From positions 1 through 59,254 of the forward strand of contig JAYWFY010000045.1 of the NCBI GenBank assembly GCA_043778555.1: a stretch of 59,254 nucleotides of DNA. The letters run 5' to 3'. Shown here one piece after another: positions 32,224 through 43,005 of this stretch. Position numbers and translations under genes: made by a program. The notes under the pieces were generated by a model. It made no database searches, was not told the DNA's origin, and worked only from the letters and a program-made list of their open reading frames with translations. Within the stretch, counting starts at the first letter, position 1. Every line of letters begins with the position of its first letter. Source of the stretch: a bacterium. GTDB lineage: Bacteria; Patescibacteriota; JACMRA01.

Positions 32224-33252
32224 TTATTTTTTAATAATATTTTGAGATAGATCAACAACTCCTTGAGCAACTAGGTAAGTCAAGAATGAGCTGTACGCTG
32301 GCAGTAACATTGCCGACCACTCTGGATTTATACCAACCAAAGCAGAAGGAATTAATCCGCCAAAGATAAAAGATAAGAATTTCTTAGATTGATACCATTT
32401 TTTAGAAGTGCTGGTCGGGGCTTGAGCAAGTTGGACTCGTAACTCCTTGTTTTGCTCTTGGCACTCGGTGAGATTGTCAGATTGAACTTGTAGATCTTTT
32501 ATATGTGCTTGTTGAACAAGCTGAACATTATTAGCCGCTACAATTAAACCATCTTCAGCAGTCTTTTTATCCGCTTTTATTGCTTCGTATTTGTCTTGAA
32601 GAATGCTATAATCAGATTTATATTTCATCAACAATTCATCTCTAGGCAGTACATAATCAATCATTATCATTTCTGCCACTGCTCCACATCCGTGGATTTG
32701 CCGACCCAAAACAAACGGCTGATCAAGCCCTGGATACTGTCCTTTATACTTGGCTACAAATTCTTGCATAGTAGTTTGTACTGGAATTTGGACAGTTTCT
32801 TGAGGCTGGGAAACCGATTGATTTTCTGGCTTTTTACGTAACCACCCTAAGACATTTGTGTACTCATATTCTCCCCCCATGATAGCGTCGTTATTACCAT
32901 ATTTGTTTTGCTCGGTTACATAAACTTTATCCAGAGTTGCACTGTTGACAATTGCAATATGACCATAGCCACCACCCATATTTGTGTTAAAAACAACAAT
33001 ATCACCTTGCTGCGGAGTATTGTCAGGTCGGTTTTTGATTAGCTCGACAAGGTCAGAGCGACCGTTGATAAGGCTGGTCGGATAGTCAATGTAAGCGTCC
33101 ACTGCTCCACCTATGTCATTAAATCGAGAGCTGGTCATACCCCAAACTTCTTCTACATATAGCCGAGGGTAGTCCACACATTGTACATCATTGTTGCGAT
33201 CAAAATCCTGTTTGGTTCCGACGTATTTATTGATAAATTGTTGATAAGTCAT
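32224..33252 (-). CDS. CHAP-domain endolysin with coiled coil and two C-terminal hydrophobic helices
   Basis: N-terminus ..DVQCVDYPR.. (Cys) and ..GGYGHIAIV.. (His). C-terminus ..FLSFIFGGLIPSALVGI..AMLLPAYSSFLTYLVAQGVV. Confidence 0.7.
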   Translation of the reverse strand: MTYQQFINKYVGTKQDFDRNNDVQCVDYPRLYVEEVWGMTSSRFNDIGGAVDAYIDYPTSLINGRSDLVELIKNRPDNTPQQGDIVVFNTNMGGGYGHIAIVNSATLDKVYVTEQNKYGNNDAIMGGEYEYTNVLGWLRKKPENQSVSQPQETVQIPVQTTMQEFVAKYKGQYPGLDQPFVLGRQIHGCGAVAEMIMIDYVLPRDELLMKYKSDYSILQDKYEAIKADKKTAEDGLIVAANNVQLVQQAHIKDLQVQSDNLTECQEQNKELRVQLAQAPTSTSKKWYQSKKFLSFIFGGLIPSALVGINPEWSAMLLPAYSSFLTYLVAQGVVDLSQNIIKK

Positions 33253-33256
33253 AAAA

Positions 33257-33475
33257 TTAAGATATAGGTAAAATTGGGAAAATATAGAAAATTAAAACGA
33301 GGATTGTCACCAAAGCAATTACAAAAGCTACAACTCCTATGAATCTAGCCAAAAAGCTAAATACAAAGGCAAAGATTGATAGACTAAAAAAAGCAATGAT
33401 TATTTGAATTAGTGAATTTGTTGGTGGTTTATAGTAGATCATAGGGTTATTGATTAATTTTATCCGATTCTCCAC
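33257..33475 (-). CDS. Holin candidate (2 TM, 72 aa)
   Basis: LIQIIIAFFSLSIFAFVFSFL and VVAFVIALVTILVLIFYIF. It lies directly upstream of the endolysin. Confidence 0.55.
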   Translation of the reverse strand: MENRIKLINNPMIYYKPPTNSLIQIIIAFFSLSIFAFVFSFLARFIGVVAFVIALVTILVLIFYIFPILPIS

Positions 33476-35835
33476 GCTGTGCCATCACTATAGACAGGAA
33501 CATTATTGATTCCTGCTCCTACGACAGCCGTGCCAAAGGTTGTAAGGGTGGCATCGGTCACAAAGCTTCTTGCTCCAGCTCCGACAGTTGTAGCTGACAA
33601 CAATGTTGCTACTGTTTTTGTTGTAGTTTTTACAATACCTCCAGTTACAGTACCTGTTGGTGAGACACTAAAAGTTACTACTCCATTATTTTTACCAGTA
33701 AAATTATTTCCTGTTCCTGCGTTATCAGCGACAAAAACATCACCGCTGTCACTTCCATTTAAAAATTTACCTTCAAAGTAATTTCCAGAATGAGCATAGT
33801 TAGTTGCATTAGTTACGTTAATAGCCTTGTTTGTTCCTGCTGTAGAATCAATTACAATATCACAAGCGTTTCCAGTTTGCCCACCTCTTAAACTTTTTTT
33901 ATTATATACATTTATAAAATTCACCATTGTATTCTCAAACTGTATATTATTTTTAGGATCAATAACCTCAGTTGTATTACCTGAAATATTACCACCAATA
34001 AACATATTACCAACACAAGTGTTTCCATTGATAGATTCTACTCCTACAAAGTTGTTTTCGTAATAACAGTTGTGGAAAATGTTGTGCTTAGTGTTAGTCC
34101 CAAGATAAACAGCTCTTGTGTTTGCGATAGTCCCAATAGGCTCACAAGCATGAATTGAGATTAAATTATTTTCTGCATTTTGTAAGTATATTCCAGTATT
34201 CCCTAAAGTCTGACTGCTTACATTTCCTCGTTTAATTATAAACTCATTAAAATTTACTGGTAGAGAGGTTGACTCGACATATACTTGATAATTACAGTTA
34301 TAGCTATAAAATTCAAATTTGTTATAAAAAGTTGTGTTTGAAGTATCATTAAACCTTACGCCTTTGTTAAATGCAGAGATTAGTGTATTTTCACTTATTC
34401 CACCACCTCCAATGTTTGACCAGTCAAAACCTATCCCTGAACCAATAGTTCCAGTGTTGCGAACAGTCCCTCCACACCAATAAACATCTTGTAAATTGCC
34501 AACTCCTTTTATTAAGGTTGGAACAGCAGCTCCATCACACTGAACAAAAACAGCCTCACTTTCACATTCAATTATTAAATTAGAAGATTTAATTAAAAGT
34601 CCAGTGGTTATGGTGTGCGTAAAATTTTTGAGATGTATTCTGCATCCATTTGGATAAGTCAGAGCTGCTGCGTCAAGAGCAGGCTGAATTGTGTCATAAT
34701 CTGCTCCATTGGGTCCTACATAGATGGTTGCAAGATCAAGAGTTAAATTTTTCCATTTACTTCCCGTCCATTTGTACAAAGCTGTAGAAGAGTCAGTAGG
34801 TATTCCAATCTGCCCAACTATATTCCCTTGTGTAGCTGCTGTTTGAGTGCCTGTAAGCTGAGCATTAGTCAAGTCAACTCTATAACCAAGGACATTTTCC
34901 ACCCCTGTATCATCTTTAATATACAAATTTTTATCTGGCTTTGCATACATTGATACTTTACCAGTTGCAGGAGTCGCTGAGGCTGCTCCAGTGGGAAACA
35001 ACAACCCTTTTCCTAGCTCCATGATTTTGGTTGTAGCATCTACTACCCACCCTAGTACATAAGTTTGCACGCCATTATCCTTGAACCAAAGACCTACTTT
35101 TCTATGTATTCCTGTGCCTTCTGCAAGTGATACAAATCCTGCAGCTTGCCCTACATCTGTTGGTGAACCTGGATAATTTTGTGAAAAACTATCTAATCCC
35201 TCTCTATTACCAGCCCCATCTTCCCTTATTAACGCAAGGGCAGCCCCGCTATTATCAGTAGCAAGATTTGTAATATTCTTTGGACTGATATCAACAACAT
35301 GATCACTTCTTTTGAAGCTCTTTATTCTTGTTGTCAAGGCGTCACTTGCCGCAGCATCTACCGCATAAAAACTAGATATAGTATCTTTTGCAGCGTTTTT
35401 AATATTGATGGCAGCTGTGTCAATAGTGTTAGCTTGTAAATCGCTATCTCCCAATCTACTAGGTCCAAAAGCAGGTACACCAACTCCCAATCTACCTGTA
35501 GTTTGAGTATGAGCAGAACTAAATGTCTTTTCACCTGCAACAGTCTGATCTGTGTTTAGGTCAACATAAGTAATTTTCCACGCCGTCCCATTCCAGCTAT
35601 ACACTTTCCCAGTATCACTAGCAACCGTCAGTTGACCGTTAGCTATGCCAGCCGTACTATTTGCAACCAGTTGAGCGTCCGTGAGATGTACCCAATATTC
35701 TACTAGTTTTTCCACCCCAGCACTATCCACCGATTTCAAAACACCGTTTTTGTTGCCCAAGCCAATCGTTCCAGCTGGTGCAGGTTGTAAAGCGGTTTGA
35801 GATTTTATGTTGACTTGATTGTTGAGCGTGGACAT
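33460..35835 (-). CDS. Tailspike/depolymerase with pectate-lyase-like right-handed beta-helix
   Basis: 791 aa with repeated PbH1-like turns (..NCYYENNFVGVES..GNMFIGGNISGN..). The N-terminal fibre motif ..GKVYSWNGTAWK.. is repeated. Confidence 0.6.
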   Translation of the reverse strand: MSTLNNQVNIKSQTALQPAPAGTIGLGNKNGVLKSVDSAGVEKLVEYWVHLTDAQLVANSTAGIANGQLTVASDTGKVYSWNGTAWKITYVDLNTDQTVAGEKTFSSAHTQTTGRLGVGVPAFGPSRLGDSDLQANTIDTAAINIKNAAKDTISSFYAVDAAASDALTTRIKSFKRSDHVVDISPKNITNLATDNSGAALALIREDGAGNREGLDSFSQNYPGSPTDVGQAAGFVSLAEGTGIHRKVGLWFKDNGVQTYVLGWVVDATTKIMELGKGLLFPTGAASATPATGKVSMYAKPDKNLYIKDDTGVENVLGYRVDLTNAQLTGTQTAATQGNIVGQIGIPTDSSTALYKWTGSKWKNLTLDLATIYVGPNGADYDTIQPALDAAALTYPNGCRIHLKNFTHTITTGLLIKSSNLIIECESEAVFVQCDGAAVPTLIKGVGNLQDVYWCGGTVRNTGTIGSGIGFDWSNIGGGGISENTLISAFNKGVRFNDTSNTTFYNKFEFYSYNCNYQVYVESTSLPVNFNEFIIKRGNVSSQTLGNTGIYLQNAENNLISIHACEPIGTIANTRAVYLGTNTKHNIFHNCYYENNFVGVESINGNTCVGNMFIGGNISGNTTEVIDPKNNIQFENTMVNFINVYNKKSLRGGQTGNACDIVIDSTAGTNKAINVTNATNYAHSGNYFEGKFLNGSDSGDVFVADNAGTGNNFTGKNNGVVTFSVSPTGTVTGGIVKTTTKTVATLLSATTVGAGARSFVTDATLTTFGTAVVGAGINNVPVYSDGTAWRIG

Positions 35836-35853
35836 AGTTAGTGGTTATTCACG

Positions 35854-36198
35854 TTAGATTAAATCCAAAGCTGACACCCCAGCTAAGATTTCAACAAGTG
35901 ATTTTGAGTTGATTTGAAGTGCTAGAATATCGCCTTTGATTGTGTTAGAATCTGGGATAGTGTTAAAATACGAATCTTGATTGATTAACAATTCTGTTCC
36001 TGCTCTGACTGCTGGGGTAGTATCTCCAGCAATAATTTGCCGAGCTAGATTGTACCTTTTGGTTTGTGCTTTGACTGGAAAGGTTGCGTTTTCCTGCAAT
36101 AAATCCACTGCAATTGAGGCTAGGGCTTGATGTACTGCTGTTTTGACCGCTTCTGATTTTGCGATTGATGTTAGGTTTGAAATGTTTGGTTGAGCCAT
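35854..36198 (-). CDS. Hypothetical structural protein
   Basis: 114-aa ORF in the fibre region. Confidence 0.5.
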   Translation of the reverse strand: MAQPNISNLTSIAKSEAVKTAVHQALASIAVDLLQENATFPVKAQTKRYNLARQIIAGDTTPAVRAGTELLINQDSYFNTIPDSNTIKGDILALQINSKSLVEILAGVSALDLI

Positions 36199-36256
36199 AT
36201 TATTTTAATTTAGATTTATAATTTGCTATTTTGACGGCATAGTTGCCTTGATTTTG

Positions 36257-36439
36257 CTAGCCCATCGGTTTTGCAAAGATTTTACCTTCTCCCAAAAGCT
36301 GGTTAGCTTTGATGATTTTGGCTTCGAGGACTGCTTTGTCAAATGCTATTTTGTCCTTGTTTGGCTTGACTTTGACCTCAAATATCTTGTGGCTAAGGTC
36401 GATTGTAACGTTGTCTAAAATGTATAATTGTGTTGACAT
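36257..36439 (-). CDS. Hypothetical small protein
   Basis: 60-aa ORF in the fibre region. Confidence 0.4.
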   Translation of the reverse strand: MSTQLYILDNVTIDLSHKIFEVKVKPNKDKIAFDKAVLEAKIIKANQLLGEGKIFAKPMG

Positions 36440-36459
36440 ATAATTTGATAATTTAATTT

Positions 36460-37401
36460 TTAGTATTCGATCCAGGTTGCTTTATACCCACAACTCATTA
36501 AACCTACACCACCTTGATTTGCATTACTTACTGCAATTATATCTCCAGCTCCTCTTAAAGACATTGGTTGAATTGGTGTAGTAAAATAATTCATTGTCTG
36601 TGTTATTGCTGTGTGATTATGTACACTATATACCTGTTGTAATTGAGTGGGAGATGCAGCTCCTGTTAATGTTCCAGATGCGCTTCTATATTGAAGAGCA
36701 GCTAAACTCGCAGGAAATGATAAATCTGTTGCATTTACTGTACTTAATTGAGTTGCACCGCCTGTTACAAATCCTGTACATCTTTGAAAGTTATTAACCA
36801 TATTACCATAATTATTAGCAACAACAGTTCCATTTTGGCTATGTATTTCAAAACTTTCTAAAACAATATTTATTTTATTACTACCACCTAACCAAAACAT
36901 TCCTGTCATGTTAACCATATTAGTGCCTATTGATTGCGTAAATGCTTGGTATCTTGCAAATTGTACATCTGTTGGAAATAGACTTTGGCTACTATTCAAA
37001 GTTACAACTGCCGTGCCTGACACAGTACCACTTAGACAACAAATTCTAACCGCACTAAATCCTTCATTTTTGATTGAATATGTTCCAGTCTGTCCTGATT
37101 GAATATTTGATTTCCAAAGTTTAGGTGGTGTAAAAGTAGGGTTTGTTCCTATATTAGTTGCAATTTGTGCAAATTTATCTAAGGTTACCCAGTTTGTACC
37201 GTCTACTGTGGCTTGGGCTATAAGACCAAACAAAGTACCTGCTGCACCGCTTGTATATGTACCTGCAACTTGCACGCCAATTGTCTGCGTCAATGCGTCA
37301 ACTGGAATTACCACTGCTGAATTAGCTGTGGCGTTTCCCAGTGATGGTATTAAATTTTGTGTGGTTATATTACCAACTATTTTATTATTTATTTGAGACA
37401 T
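36460..37401 (-). CDS. Hypothetical tail-fibre-associated protein
   Basis: ATG (MSQINNKIVG..) downstream of the stop of the 1515-aa gene. G/T/S-rich, beta-type sequence. Confidence 0.5.
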   Translation of the reverse strand: MSQINNKIVGNITTQNLIPSLGNATANSAVVIPVDALTQTIGVQVAGTYTSGAAGTLFGLIAQATVDGTNWVTLDKFAQIATNIGTNPTFTPPKLWKSNIQSGQTGTYSIKNEGFSAVRICCLSGTVSGTAVVTLNSSQSLFPTDVQFARYQAFTQSIGTNMVNMTGMFWLGGSNKINIVLESFEIHSQNGTVVANNYGNMVNNFQRCTGFVTGGATQLSTVNATDLSFPASLAALQYRSASGTLTGAASPTQLQQVYSVHNHTAITQTMNYFTTPIQPMSLRGAGDIIAVSNANQGGVGLMSCGYKATWIEY

Positions 37402-37414
37402 ATTATTTAAGTTA

Positions 37415-40400
37415 TTAAGCATTATATAAAAATCCACTTACTGATATTGTTAAACTTTGCGGTGTTAAATTACTAGACCAAGCATAAAGATTTATAATTG
37501 TACCTGCTGGTAAATCAAAACCTGTTTGGCTACTAGAACCTCCAAAATGCAAACCATTTACTGTACCTGAACTACCTCCTATAAATCCTCCACTACCTTG
37601 TACTGATATTGCTCTAGGACTACTTACCGTTGGTGCAGTAGTTCCATAATTGATAGAAAACCCGTTACCTACTTGATAACCTGTTGTAATTACACCTGTA
37701 AATTCTACAAAGTCAAAAGAAACTAATCTTAATATTTTACCTACTGGTACAGTATAAGTAGTTAGTCCTGTTGTAACTGTATTACCCACAGCTACTGATA
37801 AAGCACCTCCAGCATACATACCATTAGCACCTAAACTTCCTATTGGTGAAGTGTTGTACATATTCCAAGTTTGTTTTCCATTATCTGTTAAAGGAAACCT
37901 TGTATTCCATAAATTAGTCCTATTAGGAGCAACTGTTAATCTTATTCCTGTCGTCATGTTAATCCATTCAGAATTATAAACACCTGCTCTCACACTCTCA
38001 ATAAGTTTAAGAAACTCTCCTTGATTAGCTGTTGGTGTGCCTGTTGCTATATTTACTTTATAAATTTCTTGTACATCACTTGTGCTGTTACTAGCCAATA
38101 CTATTGGATAACTGTTAGCTGCAGGTTGTACCCCTGCTGGTGTTGCTCCGTTCACGAACAAAGTGCTACCGCTAACCGTTGGCTGATTCCATTCTTGAGC
38201 AAAATAGCTCGCTCCTTGTTGAGAACAAAAAATGCTAATTGCTGTTGTAGTAAATGGATTTGGTGTCCAAGTTTCATTTGGGAATAATGTATAATCGCTA
38301 TTACCACCTGTTGCAACTCCGATCTCGGAAATGAACATACTAGACACGGATTTGTTGGTAATCGTCCAACCACCTCTGTTAGGATTTGCCACCATTACAT
38401 TTTGAGCTGTATTGGCTGTGGTAATAGTTCCACTTCTATCTGTTTTGACTATTTGACCGTTGATTGTTCCACCCTGCACTGGATAGATTGTATTGACTGT
38501 TGGCGGTGTTCCTAATGTAGTTATTGCATTTGGGTTGGTAATATTTCGCCACGCTGTGCCACTAAATTCTAAAAGGTCATTGACTGCATATCCTGTACCA
38601 GATGTTGACGCTCGGAATAATTGCGTACCACCACCAGCAGCTCCGCCACCTTCCATTATTGCAACTTTGAGATTCCCAAGATTAGTCAAGTTAGTAGGTA
38701 ATGTTTCCATTATACCAAGATAAGAACTAACTAAAAATGACGTAGTCGTAGCTAATCCTGTATTTTGCACCGTGACCTTAAAATAGTTTCCAGATAGTTT
38801 AATCGGAGTGTTTAACCCTGCATTAGCAAGTCTAGTAAATGTAGAAGTTTCAACTAGCTTTGTCCCTAGCAAATCATCATACTGAAGAATATTAATTGTT
38901 GTAGCTTGGTCTGCTAGCACCGTCAAGACAAGCGTAGGAAATTGTAAAGCATCTTGAATAGTACCTATAAATGTAATCCCTGTTGCCAAATTAGCTGTTG
39001 AACTATTACCAGGCGATAAGGTATATTCAATTTTACCAAGTTTTGTAATTTGGTTGCCGTCTGTCAGGGCTTTTAATCTATCATAAATTCCTGATAGCCA
39101 ACCTCTAATTCCAGTACCTCCAGTTGGTTGTGTAATTGCTGTTCCATCTGTTCCTTCAAGGGTAGTTTGTTTTTGTGCTATTCTTTGTAATCTTCCATTA
39201 AGTCCAGAACTAGCCGTATCGGTTGTTGGTGCTGTTTCGGTTAATGAGCCAATTTTGGTGTCAATTCCTCTTTGCACATCTAAAGCTACATCTTCAATCT
39301 CTTTACAATCAGTTCCGACAACTGGTAAGGTTGCCAAAGTTGCACCTGTGAAGTTGTTTTGCCAAATTGTACCCGTAATTGTTGGGGTTGCTGAAATAGT
39401 AATAATCTGGATTCGTTCCAAAGCGTCTCCAACAGTCCAAAATCCAGCACTTGTAGTAGTCGCCTCAAACATTGTACTTTTTAGAACCAAAGGCTTGTCT
39501 GGGCTTGCTACTGAGATTGGTTGGACTGGTGTAAAGGCTAAACCAGCCGTTGTCAAAGTTGTTGAAGTCCCTAAAATTTTGTCAAATTTAATTACAAATA
39601 CTGCACCAGTTGCGTCTTCTGCGAGTTGTAATTCAAACTTATCAACTGAAGTATTAGATACAATCTTTTTGGTAAGCCCAATAAGTGTATTTGCTGTATC
39701 AAGATCCGCCTGTGTTCCAATCGCGTTGTTCAAAGTCTTGTCCAAAGTGTCTAAAGCCTGAGTGTTGACATCAACATTTGTACTGGTGGGATTCCCAACA
39801 AGAGTTGTACCTTTGCTCGCAGTTGTTAGGTTAGTTGGTGCTGTGGCGACTGGAAATACAAAATTAGATTTTGACGATACGATCTTGACATTTGCTGTTC
39901 CAGATGTCCAAGTTGTTGCTATCACTCTTGCAGTATCTACTCCAGCGGATTCAATAAAGTATGTTCCGTTCGTAGTAATCGTACTTCCTGCCAAATATGT
40001 CTTTGTATTAGCGTTGTAAATTGTGCCAGCTACTACACTATTAAAGATATTATTTCTAAATAGTTGAGGAGTAATTACTCCAACCCAAGTTCCAGTTATC
40101 TCAATCTGTGTTAGATTTCTATTAGATCCGAAGTTGGTTGTTACTGAGTCATTAACAAGACTCATAAATCCAAATTGTTCTTTGTCCGCAAAAACAAATT
40201 CGTTAATAAAGTTACCACTTCCATCTCGCAGCGAAACCGCCTGAGCTTTGATCCCAGAACCAAGAATATCAATTTGAGCCTTATTAGAATCATAAAAATC
40301 AGTCTCAGAAGCTGTAAGTGTGATATTTGGGTTAGGGTTGCCTGGAATTGGAGCTTGAAATGTGTTTAATACCTCTATACGGTCGCAGTTAAGAGTCGGA

Positions 40401-41962
40401 ATAACATAGGTTTGGTTGCCTCCAATAACAGAATCATTGACCATTGTACTGACATTGATTTGCAGGATATTCTTTGCCAAAATCCTTGTTGTTCCATAGT
40501 ATCTAGCTATCTCGTAAGTACCAATAGCATTGTTGTTGAATGCAATACTAACTGTATTATACCCACCTAAATCTGTAATTTCTACTGTGCTTGTCAAACC
40601 TAAAGCTGGAATATTGACGACTTTATTTGTCTTTCCAAAACTTGCTGGGTTACCGTTAGAATCTACAATTTGGGTCGTTTGAGATCCATCTGTTATTTTA
40701 TTGAGCTGGTTTTTAACCTGATTCAAAGTCGATTCGGTCGCAAAGTCTTTATCTACTAAATCGTTCAATCTAGCGTTGGTACTTGTCAATTTTAGGTCGA
40801 TAGAATCTTGAACCAAAGCGTCTGCGTCTAGTTTTGTTTTAATATCCTCTAATTTAGAACTTTGGTTTTGTTGTTCTGCAAGGGTAGCTGTTACAAATAA
40901 GGTAATATGAGCATTTGTAGGTGGTGCTACTAGAATTGTTTTTTTAGTTCGGTTAAAAAAATTCGTAGCGGTTACTGTTTGAACTGTAGTGTTAAAAGTT
41001 TCGACTTTATCAATTACATCTCCAGCTGAATAAATTAAACCATTAGTCGTAACCGCTTCGTATAGAGTTGAAATTAACTCAAAATCTACTGGCTCAATAA
41101 GATTATCTAATACGATATTTGCTGGTGTTGGTGTTGGAATTGGTGGTGTGTTTTGAGTTCTGTTGATCCAAATACTATTATCAATTACCATTGTCCCAGT
41201 ATTCAACGACTCTACTTTTTGCAGTTTATCGCCAATAACATATCCAGTACCTGCAATAGTTGCTCTATAAGTAGTTGTCAAAAGTTCATAAACTGGTTTT
41301 TGAGCGTCAAAATCAATACTAACATTAGCAAATGGTGGTGGTGTAGCTGGAATTGTATTTTTGGTTTTGTTTGTCCAAATAGTGTTGATAATCGCTCCAA
41401 TAGTAGTGTTGATTGTTATCAAGTTTCGCACTTTATCATTTACTGACCACCCTGTAGTTGCTGTAATGACTTTGTAATCATAACTATCTACTTTGAGATT
41501 AAGATTAGATTCGGCTGGTAATAGTGTCAAACCAGTTACATTGGCTGGCGTTCCGTCAACATTCTTAAAAGTCAAAGTTACAACCTGCGTGCCTTGGTTG
41601 ATTTTTGGTGTTCGGATATAGAAGTTAGTTGGAATATCTTTATCATACCAAACCGTCTCAGTAAATTGAGAATCAACCTGCAATTGATTGTAGATCTGCG
41701 TCAACTTTGTATTTGCAACAGTTTGAAGAGCGGCACTAGCATCTCCACCACCACCACTGACAACAGAGCTTGAAACGATTGGAGAAACGGCTGTAATGTT
41801 TCCAGAACCGTCAACATTTGACACAACATACTCTTCTGTAAGCACGATATTATACGCTCCAGTACCGCCAAAAGACACTCTAGCTCCAGTTGCGTCAAAG
41901 TAGTTTTCGCCGTCTATTCTGGATATTCTATTACTTGAGATTTTGTCGCCAATTTGTGCCAT
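37415..41962 (-). CDS. Large tail fibre / host-specificity protein (1515 aa)
   Basis: Very long T/N/G/S-rich ORF with internal tandem domain repeats and a coiled segment (LAEQQNQSSKLEDIKTKLDADAL..). Confidence 0.65.
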   Translation of the reverse strand: MAQIGDKISSNRISRIDGENYFDATGARVSFGGTGAYNIVLTEEYVVSNVDGSGNITAVSPIVSSSVVSGGGGDASAALQTVANTKLTQIYNQLQVDSQFTETVWYDKDIPTNFYIRTPKINQGTQVVTLTFKNVDGTPANVTGLTLLPAESNLNLKVDSYDYKVITATTGWSVNDKVRNLITINTTIGAIINTIWTNKTKNTIPATPPPFANVSIDFDAQKPVYELLTTTYRATIAGTGYVIGDKLQKVESLNTGTMVIDNSIWINRTQNTPPIPTPTPANIVLDNLIEPVDFELISTLYEAVTTNGLIYSAGDVIDKVETFNTTVQTVTATNFFNRTKKTILVAPPTNAHITLFVTATLAEQQNQSSKLEDIKTKLDADALVQDSIDLKLTSTNARLNDLVDKDFATESTLNQVKNQLNKITDGSQTTQIVDSNGNPASFGKTNKVVNIPALGLTSTVEITDLGGYNTVSIAFNNNAIGTYEIARYYGTTRILAKNILQINVSTMVNDSVIGGNQTYVIPTLNCDRIEVLNTFQAPIPGNPNPNITLTASETDFYDSNKAQIDILGSGIKAQAVSLRDGSGNFINEFVFADKEQFGFMSLVNDSVTTNFGSNRNLTQIEITGTWVGVITPQLFRNNIFNSVVAGTIYNANTKTYLAGSTITTNGTYFIESAGVDTARVIATTWTSGTANVKIVSSKSNFVFPVATAPTNLTTASKGTTLVGNPTSTNVDVNTQALDTLDKTLNNAIGTQADLDTANTLIGLTKKIVSNTSVDKFELQLAEDATGAVFVIKFDKILGTSTTLTTAGLAFTPVQPISVASPDKPLVLKSTMFEATTTSAGFWTVGDALERIQIITISATPTITGTIWQNNFTGATLATLPVVGTDCKEIEDVALDVQRGIDTKIGSLTETAPTTDTASSGLNGRLQRIAQKQTTLEGTDGTAITQPTGGTGIRGWLSGIYDRLKALTDGNQITKLGKIEYTLSPGNSSTANLATGITFIGTIQDALQFPTLVLTVLADQATTINILQYDDLLGTKLVETSTFTRLANAGLNTPIKLSGNYFKVTVQNTGLATTTSFLVSSYLGIMETLPTNLTNLGNLKVAIMEGGGAAGGGTQLFRASTSGTGYAVNDLLEFSGTAWRNITNPNAITTLGTPPTVNTIYPVQGGTINGQIVKTDRSGTITTANTAQNVMVANPNRGGWTITNKSVSSMFISEIGVATGGNSDYTLFPNETWTPNPFTTTAISIFCSQQGASYFAQEWNQPTVSGSTLFVNGATPAGVQPAANSYPIVLASNSTSDVQEIYKVNIATGTPTANQGEFLKLIESVRAGVYNSEWINMTTGIRLTVAPNRTNLWNTRFPLTDNGKQTWNMYNTSPIGSLGANGMYAGGALSVAVGNTVTTGLTTYTVPVGKILRLVSFDFVEFTGVITTGYQVGNGFSINYGTTAPTVSSPRAISVQGSGGFIGGSSGTVNGLHFGGSSSQTGFDLPAGTIINLYAWSSNLTPQSLTISVSGFLYNA

Positions 41963-42044
41963 ATATATTTTTTAAGTTAATGATTTATTGATTGTAATTC
42001 CAATAGCCTAAACCCCTCGAATTGTAGGGGGTTAGAGATTAGAA

Positions 42045-42983
42045 TTAGTTAGTTGGTTGAATTACTGCGGTATATCCGTTATTGGCAATAATAGAGCCAC
42101 CTGTTGCAATTAACACGGTATTGACCGTTGGTCTTGACACATCAAAAAGCTCAGTTTCATTGGTAGTATTATTGATACACTCAACCAAAACACTTCTTGT
42201 TCCGTAGCTATGTGTAACCGTAGCCGAGCTTGTTGTACCATCACCAAAAACAAAACTATTTCCTTTTTTGGCAAAATTAACTAAACTTGCTGAAGTGACG
42301 GCTTTCAGTGTATCAGTCTTAGCGTCTGCCTCTGCTATTGAAGCCGTTTTGACCAGCCCTAAAGTGGTGTTAGTTGCTTGATCTCGATTAGCCTCTCCAT
42401 CTGCCCAGTTAGTTGGTGTTTGAGCTGGAGTGTCAGCCAAAGCACGGATTGTATCTCCTACTGCGTAGGTTCTGGTTCCGATTGTACCTGCAACCGAAAT
42501 TTGCCAAATATCGCCTTTAAGTACCGCTCCAGAAGTTCCAGAACCACCTGTAGTTGGGTAAGTTCCAACACTTGCGTCATAGTTTCCACGGTCGTCATAT
42601 AGACCAGTAACTGCAAGATTAATTGCATTATTGACTGCCAAAGCTGTTGGAATTTGTGTTGCTGTAGAAGAACTGTTGACTGTAGTCGAAATGACCCCAG
42701 TAGCAAAGTCCGCAGTTTCAAGATTGGTGATTGAGTTACCAACACCGTTAGCGTCAATGGTTTTATTTGTAAATGTGCTAACAGATGAAGCGGTGACCGT
42801 TCCTGCTGCATTAGTAGGATAAACCCATGCTGTTCCATTATAGTACCCCTGTTGATTTAGCACTGTGTCAAAATAGATTTGACCTGCTACTGGTGAGGCT
42901 GGGGCTGACGCTAAGTTTTGAATTCTAGTATTTAGAAGTTCATTTTTTTTAAGGTCAATGTTAGTGTTAAATGTTTTGGACAT
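42045..42983 (-). CDS. Tail fibre protein
   Basis: 312 aa. The N-terminus ..[40 protein letters not shown] is a typical fibre N-terminal motif. Confidence 0.55.
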   Translation of the reverse strand: MSKTFNTNIDLKKNELLNTRIQNLASAPASPVAGQIYFDTVLNQQGYYNGTAWVYPTNAAGTVTASSVSTFTNKTIDANGVGNSITNLETADFATGVISTTVNSSSTATQIPTALAVNNAINLAVTGLYDDRGNYDASVGTYPTTGGSGTSGAVLKGDIWQISVAGTIGTRTYAVGDTIRALADTPAQTPTNWADGEANRDQATNTTLGLVKTASIAEADAKTDTLKAVTSASLVNFAKKGNSFVFGDGTTSSATVTHSYGTRSVLVECINNTTNETELFDVSRPTVNTVLIATGGSIIANNGYTAVIQPTN

Positions 42984-43005
42984 AATAAATTGTTATTAAT
43001 AGTTG

